This document shows, piece by piece, positions 9,087 through 18,334 of a stretch of DNA of 46,164 bases. The translations under genes and the position numbers were made by a program. This DNA comes from Fibrobacteria bacterium (lineage in GTDB: Bacteria; Fibrobacterota; Fibrobacteria; UBA11236), in assembly GCA_043750055.1 (NCBI GenBank), contig JAYVCH010000264.1, forward strand, positions 1-46,164, read 5' to 3'. The stretch's first letter is position 1. Each line of letters opens with the position of its first letter. The notes under the pieces were generated by a model. That model was not told where the DNA came from, searched no databases, and worked only from the letters and a program-made list of their open reading frames with translations.

Positions 9087-10289
9087 ATGATAAAATTAAC
9101 TCTATCCCTTTGGGTACTTGCCGGATTCGCAGTTTCAATTGACGCGAAATCCACTCTGAAACCCTCGGAAACACTTGATGCCTCTCACATTGCCGATTCC
9201 TTGAAAAAAGCAGTTCCAACAGCGGTGGTGACACCCAGGCCCGTTGTAAACTCAACATCTGTTAGCCCCGATGTTGTTAATCGTGATAGTGTGACAGCCA
9301 AACAATTTCGAGTTCTCGATCGTCAGATGAACCCTGAAACGATCAAATACTTTCTAAACCTTTTCAGGTTTAAGGATTTCCCAAGACCGGAATCTACGGC
9401 CGTCAATATGAGCTGGCGAGACCAACGCGGCGGGGTATTGTCGTATGAAACAGGAACGTCTGAGGTTGGGTATATGAATGAAAATATAGCTGTGCTAACC
9501 GAAAAAGACCTTGTTCCTGATACGCTGATTCGTAATAGAACCAATGATTTGATTAAAACTGTTTTAGGCGCTAAAGCGGAGAGCTACGTTTTCGCAAATT
9601 ATGAAATTACCGAGATTCAAAAGAAAATTCCAGACTCGAGGGACTCTTTACAGCCACCTGTTCCAGCTTATTATTTTGGAAGATACGTCCGGTCTCTCGA
9701 AAATCGTGTTGTATTAGGAGATGCTTTTCAGATTCGAATTGGCTACGGTGAGAATGGTGCAATCCAATCTTTTTCGTTTCGCGATCCTGAACTTGCCGAA
9801 GCCGGGACGATTAAGGTTCCTAGCAAAGAGATGGTTATGGACACACTAAAAAAATGGGAGAAGTCCAAGACTCATTCTAGGGCATATTATTTCCCTTACC
9901 ATCCCGATCATTTGAATATTCGTTCCCTAAAACCCATAAAGGTGTTTGATAGTTATGTCCTAACCATGAAAAAGTTTCGTGACGATCCGAAAATGGATGG
10001 AATGTACCTAGTGCCTTCTGTAACGGTTTTGGCAAAAGTAGTCCTTTCAACTACTAAAAAGAAATTGACTGAACCTCTTCCTAGCGAACCTACTATTCTC
10101 CATTTTCATTTTCCTTGTCGCCCTGAAGCAGGTCTGTGTTGGCCTGACGGTAAACAAACCTTGGAAGAACATATTCCTGCTTCATCCAGGAATACTCCCA
10201 GTAGTTCGATGCCATCCCCTAATCAAGCCCCAACTGAAAAGCCAGTTATTCCTACCCCGTCCAAACAACAATTGCCCTTCAAAAAATAA
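9087..10289 (+). CDS. Exported protein of unknown family with a Pro/Ser-rich C-terminal tail
   Basis: The signal peptide is MIKLTLSLWVLAGFAVSIDA. A GGAG lies 4-5 nt upstream of the ATG. The tail reads PASSRNTPSSSMPSPNQAPTEKPVIPTPSKQQ. Confidence 0.6.
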   Translation: MIKLTLSLWVLAGFAVSIDAKSTLKPSETLDASHIADSLKKAVPTAVVTPRPVVNSTSVSPDVVNRDSVTAKQFRVLDRQMNPETIKYFLNLFRFKDFPRPESTAVNMSWRDQRGGVLSYETGTSEVGYMNENIAVLTEKDLVPDTLIRNRTNDLIKTVLGAKAESYVFANYEITEIQKKIPDSRDSLQPPVPAYYFGRYVRSLENRVVLGDAFQIRIGYGENGAIQSFSFRDPELAEAGTIKVPSKEMVMDTLKKWEKSKTHSRAYYFPYHPDHLNIRSLKPIKVFDSYVLTMKKFRDDPKMDGMYLVPSVTVLAKVVLSTTKKKLTEPLPSEPTILHFHFPCRPEAGLCWPDGKQTLEEHIPASSRNTPSSSMPSPNQAPTEKPVIPTPSKQQLPFKK

Positions 10290-10506
10290 TAGCATGGGTG
10301 GGATTACCCCCCTCGCTTTCATAAAGTCTAATTAGAGGATAATGGGCCGGCGAAAATTGCCGCCCCCCCTTCGCTCCCCCAGAAACTGCTCACAAATCGA
10401 AGCACATTGTTGTGCAACCCTCAAAAGGGCGGCCACAATGTTGGATATTTTTTCCGTCCTAGCCTATGGAACCAAAAAAGAACTTGGTTCCAAAATGGAG
10501 GAAAAA

Positions 10507-11241
10507 ATGATCGCACATGAAGACCTAAGAAATAACCCCAATTGGCAAACCCTTCTCTACGACCGATATCATCAAAAAGTATTGGGCATCTGCCTTTATT
10601 ATTTAAAAGATCGCGAGGAAGCCAAAGACGCGACTCAGGACATTTTTATCAAAGCCTTCAGAGCTTGGGGTGATTTCGAATGGAAATGTGATCCATTGAC
10701 TTGGATGAGCGCCATTGCGAAGCATGATTGCTTCAGCCGAATCCAAAAGTTCAAAAAGCAAATGGATCGCCGATCACAACTCGCACATGAAGAAGACCTC
10801 GCAATCTCCTTTGAACCAGAGGAAGAAATGCTACTTCACCGAATTCGTTTGGAAAAACTGTTACCTTCAGTACGCGGAAAATTAAAAGAAATTTTACGGT
10901 TTAGCCTGGAGCAAGGACTCAATCATCGGGAAATCGCAATTCGAATGGGAGTTTCCCGAGTTGCCATTACTCGAAGACTAACACGATTTAAAATAGCGAT
11001 TCAGGAAACAGCCGAAGAGTCCATGCAAACCGCGACTCAAATGACACCCGTTCGATTGGAAAAAAACCAAAGCCAAAAACCGTTGCTTCGGATTGGCGCA
11101 CAAGCAGTTTTAGGACGTCCAAAATTGCAGTTGAATTTTAAACCGCGCCTAAATTCAGCAAGTAATTCCCGGACGGGACTTGGGACGAAATCATTTGCAG
11201 GCCATCGTTCTGAAGTAGCCCTTCGCTTAGAGGCTGCCTAG
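10507..11241 (+). CDS. ECF-type RNA polymerase sigma-70 family factor with a roughly 60-aa C-terminal extension
   Basis: Region 2 is DATQDIFIKAFRAW...TWMSAIAKHDCFSRIQK. Region 4 is the HTH LNHREIAIRMGVSRVAITRRLTRFK. GGAGG at 10497-10501 sits 5 nt before ATG 10507. The ORF-track start at 10342 adds an implausible Arg/Pro-rich leader. Confidence 0.75.
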   Translation: MIAHEDLRNNPNWQTLLYDRYHQKVLGICLYYLKDREEAKDATQDIFIKAFRAWGDFEWKCDPLTWMSAIAKHDCFSRIQKFKKQMDRRSQLAHEEDLAISFEPEEEMLLHRIRLEKLLPSVRGKLKEILRFSLEQGLNHREIAIRMGVSRVAITRRLTRFKIAIQETAEESMQTATQMTPVRLEKNQSQKPLLRIGAQAVLGRPKLQLNFKPRLNSASNSRTGLGTKSFAGHRSEVALRLEAA

Positions 11242-11302
11242 CAGCCACCACCGGTGGTCCAGGGCTTGTTACTGGACCAAAGCTACAAGGGCGCGCACAA
11301 GC

Positions 11303-11971
11303 TTAGTGTTTGATAATCAAGAGCGACCCCTGGCGGACCTTAACGGCCGCCAGGTGACTCAATACCTGATGATAAAAATCCTGATCCTCAATCCACTCCG
11401 AAATGGCAATTCCACCTTTCCGATTGATCACAGAAACCGGAGCCTCTATACCATTCATGGTTGCAGAAACGGGAACCAGAGTAACAATACCCTTGTCCAG
11501 GAAAGGATAGGCACGCATTTCTGAGTTCAGAAAACCGGTTACACCTAAAAATTTAGAGAGAAAGGATAGAATTCCATCGAGATGGCTTACAGGCAGGCTA
11601 TTTCGAGCGATGATAAGAGTGTCTTGCATATCTAAATGGTAGTCCAGTTTTAATGCATTCAAAGACTTACTAGACCGAATCAAATGATTGATCTCTTCAA
11701 CCGATAAAGCGAGGGTATCCAAACTATCAGTGGAAAAAAAACGGTGAATCTTTGCAACAGCACTCATTTCCGCCTCTGGAGATTTTAAGAACGAAGTCAA
11801 TTCAATTGAAACCGGAGAAACGAAAGCCTTTAATTGCTTGTACTGCATCGCGAGTAAAATTGCCAGGATTAAAATCAAAAAGCAGGGAACAAAAATCAAA
11901 AAAATAAGAAACGGCCCTTTAAAGAAGGTTGGCGGGGACCCACCCTGTACTCGAACTGTTTTTTGAGCCAT
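11303..11971 (-). CDS. Single-pass membrane-anchored protein, unknown family; last gene of the respiratory cluster
   Basis: There is one N-terminal TM segment (FLIFLIFVPCFLILILAILLA), then about 170 aa of soluble domain. It lies 29 nt downstream of the cox subunit IV gene on the same strand. Confidence 0.55.
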   Translation of the reverse strand: MAQKTVRVQGGSPPTFFKGPFLIFLIFVPCFLILILAILLAMQYKQLKAFVSPVSIELTSFLKSPEAEMSAVAKIHRFFSTDSLDTLALSVEEINHLIRSSKSLNALKLDYHLDMQDTLIIARNSLPVSHLDGILSFLSKFLGVTGFLNSEMRAYPFLDKGIVTLVPVSATMNGIEAPVSVINRKGGIAISEWIEDQDFYHQVLSHLAAVKVRQGSLLIIKH

Positions 11972-12000
11972 ATAATTAGGTATAAGGACCGAAATGCCGC

Positions 12001-12408
12001 TTATTTAGCGGATTCGTGACTTGTAGCACCAGCCGCTTCCGTTTTGACAGGAGAAACGAAATTGATGCTTTGAGTAAACGAGGGATCGACTTCTCCACGG
12101 AAAGAAGTATCCACCCAAGTGAATAGAACAAAGATCAACAAGAAAACAAAATTGGATAGAAAGATGGTCACATTTAACAGTTTGTGATCGTATTTCAACC
12201 CCATCAAGAAAAGCGATATAACCGTCCCCATCATGAGTGCAATCAGCATTATGACCGTTGTCTTGATGGCATGAACATCTATCCAATCTATTGCGATACG
12301 ATCGGTTTTAACCTGAGAAATTGCCAGCATCAAGCAGGTCAGGATTAATAATCCGATATAGGTTCCCACTATTGTGGACTTAGGAATTTCGTGTCCAGGT
12401 TTTTCCAT
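12001..12408 (-). CDS. ctaF: Cytochrome c oxidase subunit IV (prokaryotic COX4 family)
   Basis: It has three predicted TM helices and an LFLMGLKYDHK motif resembling the FMHLK block of bacterial subunit IV. I chose ATG 12408, which lies just after the ctaE stop at 12414. The ORF-track start at 12453 would overlap ctaE by 40 nt. Confidence 0.6.
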   Translation of the reverse strand: MEKPGHEIPKSTIVGTYIGLLILTCLMLAISQVKTDRIAIDWIDVHAIKTTVIMLIALMMGTVISLFLMGLKYDHKLLNVTIFLSNFVFLLIFVLFTWVDTSFRGEVDPSFTQSINFVSPVKTEAAGATSHESAK

Positions 12409-12413
12409 GTTAA

Positions 12414-13067
12414 TTATCCAATTAAATAGAGGAGAGGAAATAAGAAGACCCATACCAAGTCAACAAGCGCCCAATACATCGCCACATTTTCAACCGGTAT
12501 ATAATAACTGCGAGTAAAACGAGTTTGACTTGAACGTATTAAACACCAAATCATCAAGCCCATACCGATAAGAACATGAAGCCCGTGCAATCCGGTCATC
12601 ACGAAATAAAATCCGAAAAAGACATGAGAATAGGGATCTGAAAATCCTTCAGCATGCCAGAGTCGTCCTGGAAGAGTGCCATGGTGAAACTTAAGTTGGT
12701 ATTCCATAAACTTAACGACCAAGAATCCGGAGGCAAACAAAAGACTCATAATAAGAAAGATGCGAACTTTGCCTTGTTCAGCGCGCTGTGCCGCCAAAAC
12801 CGCCAGCCCCATGGTCAATCCGCTCGTTAGAAGAAAAAAGGTATTTATAGCCCCCATATGCCAATCAAGATGTTTCGAACCTTCACTAAAGGCTGCTGGA
12901 TGAAGGGTGTGAAAAATCAACGCGCCCACAAATAGGGCCCCAAACATCATTATTTCAGATGCTAAAAATAACCACATCCCAGTCTTAGCCGAGTCGAACT
13001 CCTGTTCAAGCGAGTCGAAATGGTGTGGAATTTGATGTTCTTGCAAACCTGAATGTACAGTGGCCAT
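12414..13067 (-). CDS. ctaE: Cytochrome c oxidase subunit III (short, 5-helix form)
   Basis: The ORF is 217 aa and polytopic. It has MWLFLASEIMMFGALF and TGLHGLHVLIG motifs. Its start overlaps the subunit I stop by 1 nt. Confidence 0.85.
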   Translation of the reverse strand: MATVHSGLQEHQIPHHFDSLEQEFDSAKTGMWLFLASEIMMFGALFVGALIFHTLHPAAFSEGSKHLDWHMGAINTFFLLTSGLTMGLAVLAAQRAEQGKVRIFLIMSLLFASGFLVVKFMEYQLKFHHGTLPGRLWHAEGFSDPYSHVFFGFYFVMTGLHGLHVLIGMGLMIWCLIRSSQTRFTRSYYIPVENVAMYWALVDLVWVFLFPLLYLIG

Positions 13068-14671
13068 TAGGCACTCTCCGTCTCAAAGGCATAAGGACCT
13101 TTGGTGACCACGGGGGTCTCGGTGAAATTATAGAGGACAGGGGGGGAGTCGGCCGTCCATTCTAGTGACTTAGCACCCCAAGGATTCTTAGGGGCAGTAG
13201 CTCCGAATTTTAAAGAGGCCAACAAATTGAACAAAGCCATAAACAATCCGGCCGCCAAAATTACAACCCCAACCGTAGAAATTTGGTGATAGATTTGGAA
13301 TTGATCCAGATAATGGTAGTAGCGACGAGGACTGCCCAAAGAACCCATGATGAGCTGAACGAAGAAGGTCACATTAAATCCGATAAAGACGATAATTGAT
13401 GCGAAGCGTCCCCAAAATTCGTTATACATTTTTCCCGTCATTTTTGGCCACCAGTAGTGGATTCCGCCAATGAAGGCGATCATGGTGCTTCCCATAGCAA
13501 CATAGTGGAAATGTGAAACAATGAAGTATGTGTCATGAAGGTGGATATCCACGGAAAGAATCGCGAGAATTATTCCTGTAAGCCCTCCGATGGTAAAATT
13601 GAACAAAAACTGTAAAGCATAAAGCATCGGAGTCTTAAGGTCAATAGAGCCCTTATAAAGTGTTGCTGTCCAGTTAAAGACTTTAATAGCGGAAGGTACA
13701 GCGGTAAAAAACGTGAGGAACGAGAAAATAAAATCGGCCAATTCACTCTGGCCCGACACAAACATGTGATGGCCCCAAACGATGAAACCGATAGCCCCAA
13801 TAGCGATGGAGGAATAAGCAACAAACTTGTATCCGAAAATATCCTTTTTCGCAAAGGCGGTAATCAATTCAGAAGTAATTCCAAAAGCCGGCACGATGAT
13901 GATATACACTGCCGGATGGGAATAGAACCAAAAGAAGTGCTGCATTAGGAGAGGGTCTCCCCCTAAAGCCGGATCGAAAATTCCAATGCCAAAAAAGTTT
14001 TCCATCAAGAGCAAGATGAGGGTAATGGCCAAGACTGGAGTGGCAAAAATTTGCATGATCGCGGTTGAGTAAAGGGACCACATAAACAATGGCATCCTGT
14101 ACCAAGTCATTCCGGGGGCGCGCATATTATGCATGGTGACCAAGAAATTTAGTCCTGTAAGAATAGACGAGAATCCTAGGAAAAAAGCAGCGACCATCAT
14201 CCACAACACAGCGGGATTCTGGGAGAGGGAGTATGGCGCATACATGGTCCAGCCTTGATCGGCATGGCCTGCCACGATACTATAAAGGGCAATGGCCGCA
14301 CCAATCCAATAAAGATAGAGGCTGGTCAAATTAAGTTTAGGAAATGCCAAATCCTTTGCACCAATTTGTAAGGGCAAGATAAAGTTTCCCAATGCTCCTG
14401 GAATACCGGGAACGACCACCAAAAACACCATGATCACGCCATGAAGAGTAAAAAATTGATTGTACTGATCCGGGGTTAAAAACTCCTTCAAGGGGCTCCA
14501 AAGTTCCATTCTGAATAGGAACGCAAAAGTTCCGCCAGCAATGAAGAACGTGAGAATGGAGGCCAAGTACATCACACCGATGCGCTTATGGTCAACCGTT
14601 ACCAACCAGGACATGAAACCCCGTGTGGCTTTCAGATAATTAATATTTTGTGGATGTGCGTGGGCAGTCAT
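13067..14671 (-). CDS. ctaD: Cytochrome c oxidase subunit I, heme-copper oxidase type A2
   Basis: The ORF is 534 aa. It has [20 protein letters not shown] and SHFHYV heme/CuB ligand blocks. The YS motif replaces the helix-VI Glu (see findings). Confidence 0.95.
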   Translation of the reverse strand: MTAHAHPQNINYLKATRGFMSWLVTVDHKRIGVMYLASILTFFIAGGTFAFLFRMELWSPLKEFLTPDQYNQFFTLHGVIMVFLVVVPGIPGALGNFILPLQIGAKDLAFPKLNLTSLYLYWIGAAIALYSIVAGHADQGWTMYAPYSLSQNPAVLWMMVAAFFLGFSSILTGLNFLVTMHNMRAPGMTWYRMPLFMWSLYSTAIMQIFATPVLAITLILLLMENFFGIGIFDPALGGDPLLMQHFFWFYSHPAVYIIIVPAFGITSELITAFAKKDIFGYKFVAYSSIAIGAIGFIVWGHHMFVSGQSELADFIFSFLTFFTAVPSAIKVFNWTATLYKGSIDLKTPMLYALQFLFNFTIGGLTGIILAILSVDIHLHDTYFIVSHFHYVAMGSTMIAFIGGIHYWWPKMTGKMYNEFWGRFASIIVFIGFNVTFFVQLIMGSLGSPRRYYHYLDQFQIYHQISTVGVVILAAGLFMALFNLLASLKFGATAPKNPWGAKSLEWTADSPPVLYNFTETPVVTKGPYAFETESA

Positions 14672-14708
14672 GTGAATCCGTCCGGGTTTTAAACCTTTTA
14701 CTTGTTTC

Positions 14709-15650
14709 TCACTTCAAGGATTTGATATAGGCGATAAGAGCATTCTGTTCCCTATCAGTCAAGACGCCTTTGAATGTCGGCATAACAGGCGCAAATCCCA
14801 TTACAACTTTTGCCGCAGGTTCCAACATGGATTGACGAAGATAATCATCGTCAACCATTATCTTTCCGCCTGTGCCACAGTCTACAGTTTCACCGTAAAT
14901 TCCCTTCCAGGAAGGGCCAACCATTTTTGTTCCATCTATGGAATGGCATGCGCTACAACCTCGTTTTGTATACAAAATTGCTCCAAATGCCTCTGGTGTT
15001 TTTCCCTTGCCAGGATCCGAGGCGGAGGCCAACCACTCCTGATAAGCCTCAGGTTCCAACACCTTAACACCAGTTAGCATATACGAATGGTTAGTGCCGC
15101 AATACTGTGTACACTCCACCTGGAAGGTACCTGTTCGAGTGGCTTGAAACCAAAGTGAGCTATATCGATTAGGAAGCACATCTGCCTTGGTCCGAAAGGC
15201 CAGGATATAGAAACTGTGAATAACGTCACGAGAAGTCATAACCAGCTTTACAGGTGTATTTACTGGAACAACTAGAGAATCATTGACCGCGCCGGATGGA
15301 TATTCAAAACTCCAACTCCATTTTTGACCGCGCACATTCACTTGCATATAGCCTGAAGGGGGTATTCGCATTTTGAGATAGCCCTTCAGACCTACGAAGA
15401 AAAGACCCATTACAATAATAAGCGGAATCAAGGTCCAGGCCAACTCTATGGTGAGGTTGTGCGTGATTTGCGCCGTTGCAATTTGATTCGGACGACGGCG
15501 TAGATACTTCACCGTAAAAACCACGATTATAGCGCAGATTAAAACGAAGAAGAAAACTGAAATCCAATAAAAAAGCATAAAGGCCGGATCTACAAAGTCA
15601 GTAAATGTCGAAGCCTTTTCAGGAAGCCAAAATGTTTTGCTATTGTCCAT
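14709..15650 (-). CDS. ctaC: Cytochrome c oxidase subunit II with fused C-terminal cytochrome c domain (caa3 type)
   Basis: It has two N-terminal TM helices. The CuA site is DVIHSF...[12 protein letters not shown]. The C-terminal domain has a CSACH heme c motif with a downstream Met. Confidence 0.9.
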   Translation of the reverse strand: MDNSKTFWLPEKASTFTDFVDPAFMLFYWISVFFFVLICAIIVVFTVKYLRRRPNQIATAQITHNLTIELAWTLIPLIIVMGLFFVGLKGYLKMRIPPSGYMQVNVRGQKWSWSFEYPSGAVNDSLVVPVNTPVKLVMTSRDVIHSFYILAFRTKADVLPNRYSSLWFQATRTGTFQVECTQYCGTNHSYMLTGVKVLEPEAYQEWLASASDPGKGKTPEAFGAILYTKRGCSACHSIDGTKMVGPSWKGIYGETVDCGTGGKIMVDDDYLRQSMLEPAAKVVMGFAPVMPTFKGVLTDREQNALIAYIKSLK

Positions 15651-15712
15651 ATTCTTCTCTTATACCCGATTATTTGTGGGTTTGTCTGTGCTAGACTTGG
15701 TGTGCATCATGA

Positions 15713-16633
15713 TTAAGCGTTCACTTCCGCGGGAATGGGCTGGCTGTTGTCGCGTTTTTTGAATTCCTTACGCCAAAGTCCGCCTAATAACAGACCAAGG
15801 CCAATGATAACAACCACGCCTCCACCCTTCATAAAATTTCTGGCGAATAGGACATAACCTTTCACATTGGGGTCGTAGCGGTAGCAGAACATGGCAATTT
15901 TATCTCCAAAAGAAATGGACTTCCCTTCAGAGGCATCAAGAAGGGCCAATTTCAAATCCTTGGAACGATATTCTACCCCATAGAGATATCGGGAAATCTT
16001 CCCTTTTGGCGAGATCGTAAATACTCCCGCGGCATGCGCAAACTCTTTACTTACAGGCATATACTTGAATTTAAAACCGACGACATCTGCAACTCTTTTA
16101 ATATTTTCTTCTTTTCCAGTGAGGAAGTGCCACCCATTTTCTGCACCCGCAATTCCCAAAGCTTCTATATGTGTTTCCTTTTTAGCGCTTGCCATGGCGG
16201 GACCTTCTTTTGGATCCATGCTAATCGTGACTACTTCAAATTCTTTTCCAGGAGCCCAAGCCATTTTTTTCATTCCATTCAGCATGCCATTCAAGACCAT
16301 ATTACATAACATGGGACATTGATAATAAGCGAAGTTCAATAAAACCGGCCTTCCGGCAAGGAAGTAATCTCCAAGTCTTACTTCTCTTCCAGATTCATCC
16401 AGGAAGACAGCATCCAGTGGGACTTGGGCACCAAGGTGTTCTTCTATTCCAACATCAATGAGTGCATCGGGTAAAGTTTGGCCATCTTTGGCTACAACAG
16501 CGCCTTCGGCGCCGTTATATTGACCGCCAAAAGAATAGGCTCCCCTACTCCCCAACACCAACATCAAAGCCAAGGCTATAACTGGAATTCGCTTGGAATT
16601 GGAAATAAAGGTCTTCGTTTTCAGTTTAATCAA
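15713..16633 (-). CDS. SCO1/SenC-family copper chaperone (thioredoxin fold), membrane anchored
   Basis: It has an FAYYQCPMLCN CxxxC motif with a downstream FAHAAGVFTISPKGKI His block. Hydrophobic segments occur at both the N and C termini. The TTG start directly abuts the upstream stop (TAATTG). Confidence 0.75.
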   Translation of the reverse strand: MIKLKTKTFISNSKRIPVIALALMLVLGSRGAYSFGGQYNGAEGAVVAKDGQTLPDALIDVGIEEHLGAQVPLDAVFLDESGREVRLGDYFLAGRPVLLNFAYYQCPMLCNMVLNGMLNGMKKMAWAPGKEFEVVTISMDPKEGPAMASAKKETHIEALGIAGAENGWHFLTGKEENIKRVADVVGFKFKYMPVSKEFAHAAGVFTISPKGKISRYLYGVEYRSKDLKLALLDASEGKSISFGDKIAMFCYRYDPNVKGYVLFARNFMKGGGVVVIIGLGLLLGGLWRKEFKKRDNSQPIPAEVNA

Positions 16634-17137
16634 TTAGTGGCTCTTTTTTTCCTTAGCACCCAATGATTTTTTAGGTGGGACTTCATCGATGGAAATTCCT
16701 GAATTATTTTCTTTGACTTCCACAATGGGAGGGGATTTAAAGGCTGCACCCTCCATATAGATATCCGTGATCGGCTTCCAATCAGCACCCGCAACTTTTT
16801 GGTTTTCCTGAACCAATAAGTTCATGGCCACCGTTACGGGTATCTGAATTTTTCCTTTTTCCTTGTCCAAATATTTGTACTCGGATAGCGCTTCATTTTC
16901 CTTAGCCGTCAGAATATTCAATTCGATTGTGGTAAATTCTCCCTGTCTGAGAGCAGCGGCATCATCCTTATATCCACGGAAGGAATAAATGCAGATCATG
17001 AAGAAGCCACCCAAAATAATAACCGAGATAGGCAAGCACCAAAGAATCAAGGCCCAATTAAAATCAGTCTTTTCAAAACCTTCAACAGCCCCGGATGAAA
17101 TTGCCGATCCTTCGCTGTGATGATCAGTGCTGCTCAT
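16634..17137 (-). CDS. Single-TM membrane protein in the ActG position of the ACIII operon (unassigned)
   Basis: The ORF is 167 aa with one TM segment (WALILWCLPISVIILGGFFMICIY). It overlaps the actF stop by 14 nt and abuts the SCO start. I recognised no family. Confidence 0.5.
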   Translation of the reverse strand: MSSTDHHSEGSAISSGAVEGFEKTDFNWALILWCLPISVIILGGFFMICIYSFRGYKDDAAALRQGEFTTIELNILTAKENEALSEYKYLDKEKGKIQIPVTVAMNLLVQENQKVAGADWKPITDIYMEGAAFKSPPIVEVKENNSGISIDEVPPKKSLGAKEKKSH

Positions 17138-18323
17138 GCGTTATAATCCCATTGTCATAGGTGAGACATTCGTTCAAGCGGGGATCCCCGGCTGGAATAA
17201 AATTATAGCCCTTTAGGCGATTTATAATCAGGAAGATATAGAACCCACCTACCATGGCCAAGGAACTGATATCACTTAACCCAAAGTGAGCGCCTTCATG
17301 GTGGAAATTTGGTTGTATTAACCAATAAATATCAATGAAGCACATGGTTAATAGCCAAATACAACCGATGCAAATCGCGGTTACATTTCGCTTGACATGG
17401 TGTGACATTAAATAAAGAAACGGGACGGCAAAATGAAACCACGGTAACATAAGGCTAATTGTCTTCCACGAACCGGCTGCTCTGTGTAAGAAGAACAAGG
17501 TCTCTTCCGGAATATTCGCATAATAAATCAAGAAAAACTGACTGAAACCGATATAGGTCCAAAATACATTATGCCCAAAGAGCAACTTTCCAGCATCGTG
17601 ATAATGTTCAATTCGATAAATATCCCCGCGCCCGCTCACCGCTCGGGCAACGGTTGTTAAAAGAATAAGTGCACAATACTGAGCTACGACCGAACCGGCG
17701 AAATAATAAACGCCAAACATGGTTGAAAACCAATGCGGCTCCAATGACATGATCCAATCGAATGCCCAAAAGGTTTGCGTCACTGCGAACAGCGCTAGCC
17801 CACCGGCTGCAACTTTTCCCATTCGCTTTGTGAGGTTCACATCTCTGGATCCATCTTGTTTTACAGAAGTACGGAGGAAGTACCAGCTAAGTACCCACCA
17901 AACTCCGAAAAAGAATACTTGTCGAATTGCAAAAAAGGGAAGGTTCAAATAAGCTGATTTTTTTTGCAACAAAAGATCATGGGCGCGCATTTCAGGATTC
18001 AACCAGGGAAAGAGTTCATTCAAACCAAATGCAAGGGGTAGGAAAAACAAGGGCATCCACATGAGATTTGCTGAAACCGTTTCGGCCAACCGACGCACGG
18101 TGGTACTCCAACCCGCTCGAGCAAGATGTTGCACCATAACAAAGAAAAGCGTTCCCAAGGAAATAGCCAAAAAGAAAGCGAGGACAGTTAAATAGGATGC
18201 AAAAAAGTCCCTACGGTTTTGCATGAAACTCACAGCGCAACCTAATGCACCCAGAATTCCAAGGCCTAAAAAGATCGGCCCACCTTTCAGTTTCAAGTTC
18301 AATCGGTAGTTATCCTGTGACAT
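17124..18323 (-). CDS. actF: Alternative complex III subunit ActF (NrfD-like polytopic membrane subunit)
   Basis: The ORF is 399 aa and polytopic. It lies after actE in the canonical actABCDEF order. Confidence 0.7.
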   Translation of the reverse strand: MSQDNYRLNLKLKGGPIFLGLGILGALGCAVSFMQNRRDFFASYLTVLAFFLAISLGTLFFVMVQHLARAGWSTTVRRLAETVSANLMWMPLFFLPLAFGLNELFPWLNPEMRAHDLLLQKKSAYLNLPFFAIRQVFFFGVWWVLSWYFLRTSVKQDGSRDVNLTKRMGKVAAGGLALFAVTQTFWAFDWIMSLEPHWFSTMFGVYYFAGSVVAQYCALILLTTVARAVSGRGDIYRIEHYHDAGKLLFGHNVFWTYIGFSQFFLIYYANIPEETLFFLHRAAGSWKTISLMLPWFHFAVPFLYLMSHHVKRNVTAICIGCIWLLTMCFIDIYWLIQPNFHHEGAHFGLSDISSLAMVGGFYIFLIINRLKGYNFIPAGDPRLNECLTYDNGIITHEQH

Positions 18324-18334
18324 CCTATTCCTTG

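Noticed and set aside
10342-10506. The ORF-track N-terminal extension of the ECF sigma factor (MGRRKLPPPLRSPRNCSQ...).
   Set aside because: The extension has no sigma-factor homology and is Arg/Pro-rich. A GGAGG RBS is correctly spaced for ATG 10507, and sigma region 2 begins shortly after that Met.
11256-11278. A GGTCCAG-N9-CTGGACC hairpin (with the adjacent CCACCGGTGG palindrome) between the convergent sigma gene and the 11303 ORF, considered as a bidirectional terminator.
   Set aside because: There is no U-tract on either strand and the stem is only 7 bp. It may still pause transcription, but I cannot support a terminator call.
12409-12453. The upstream start of cox subunit IV at 12453.
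   Set aside because: It would overlap the ctaE coding end by 40 nt. ATG 12408 begins just after the ctaE stop and gives a typical subunit IV N-terminus.
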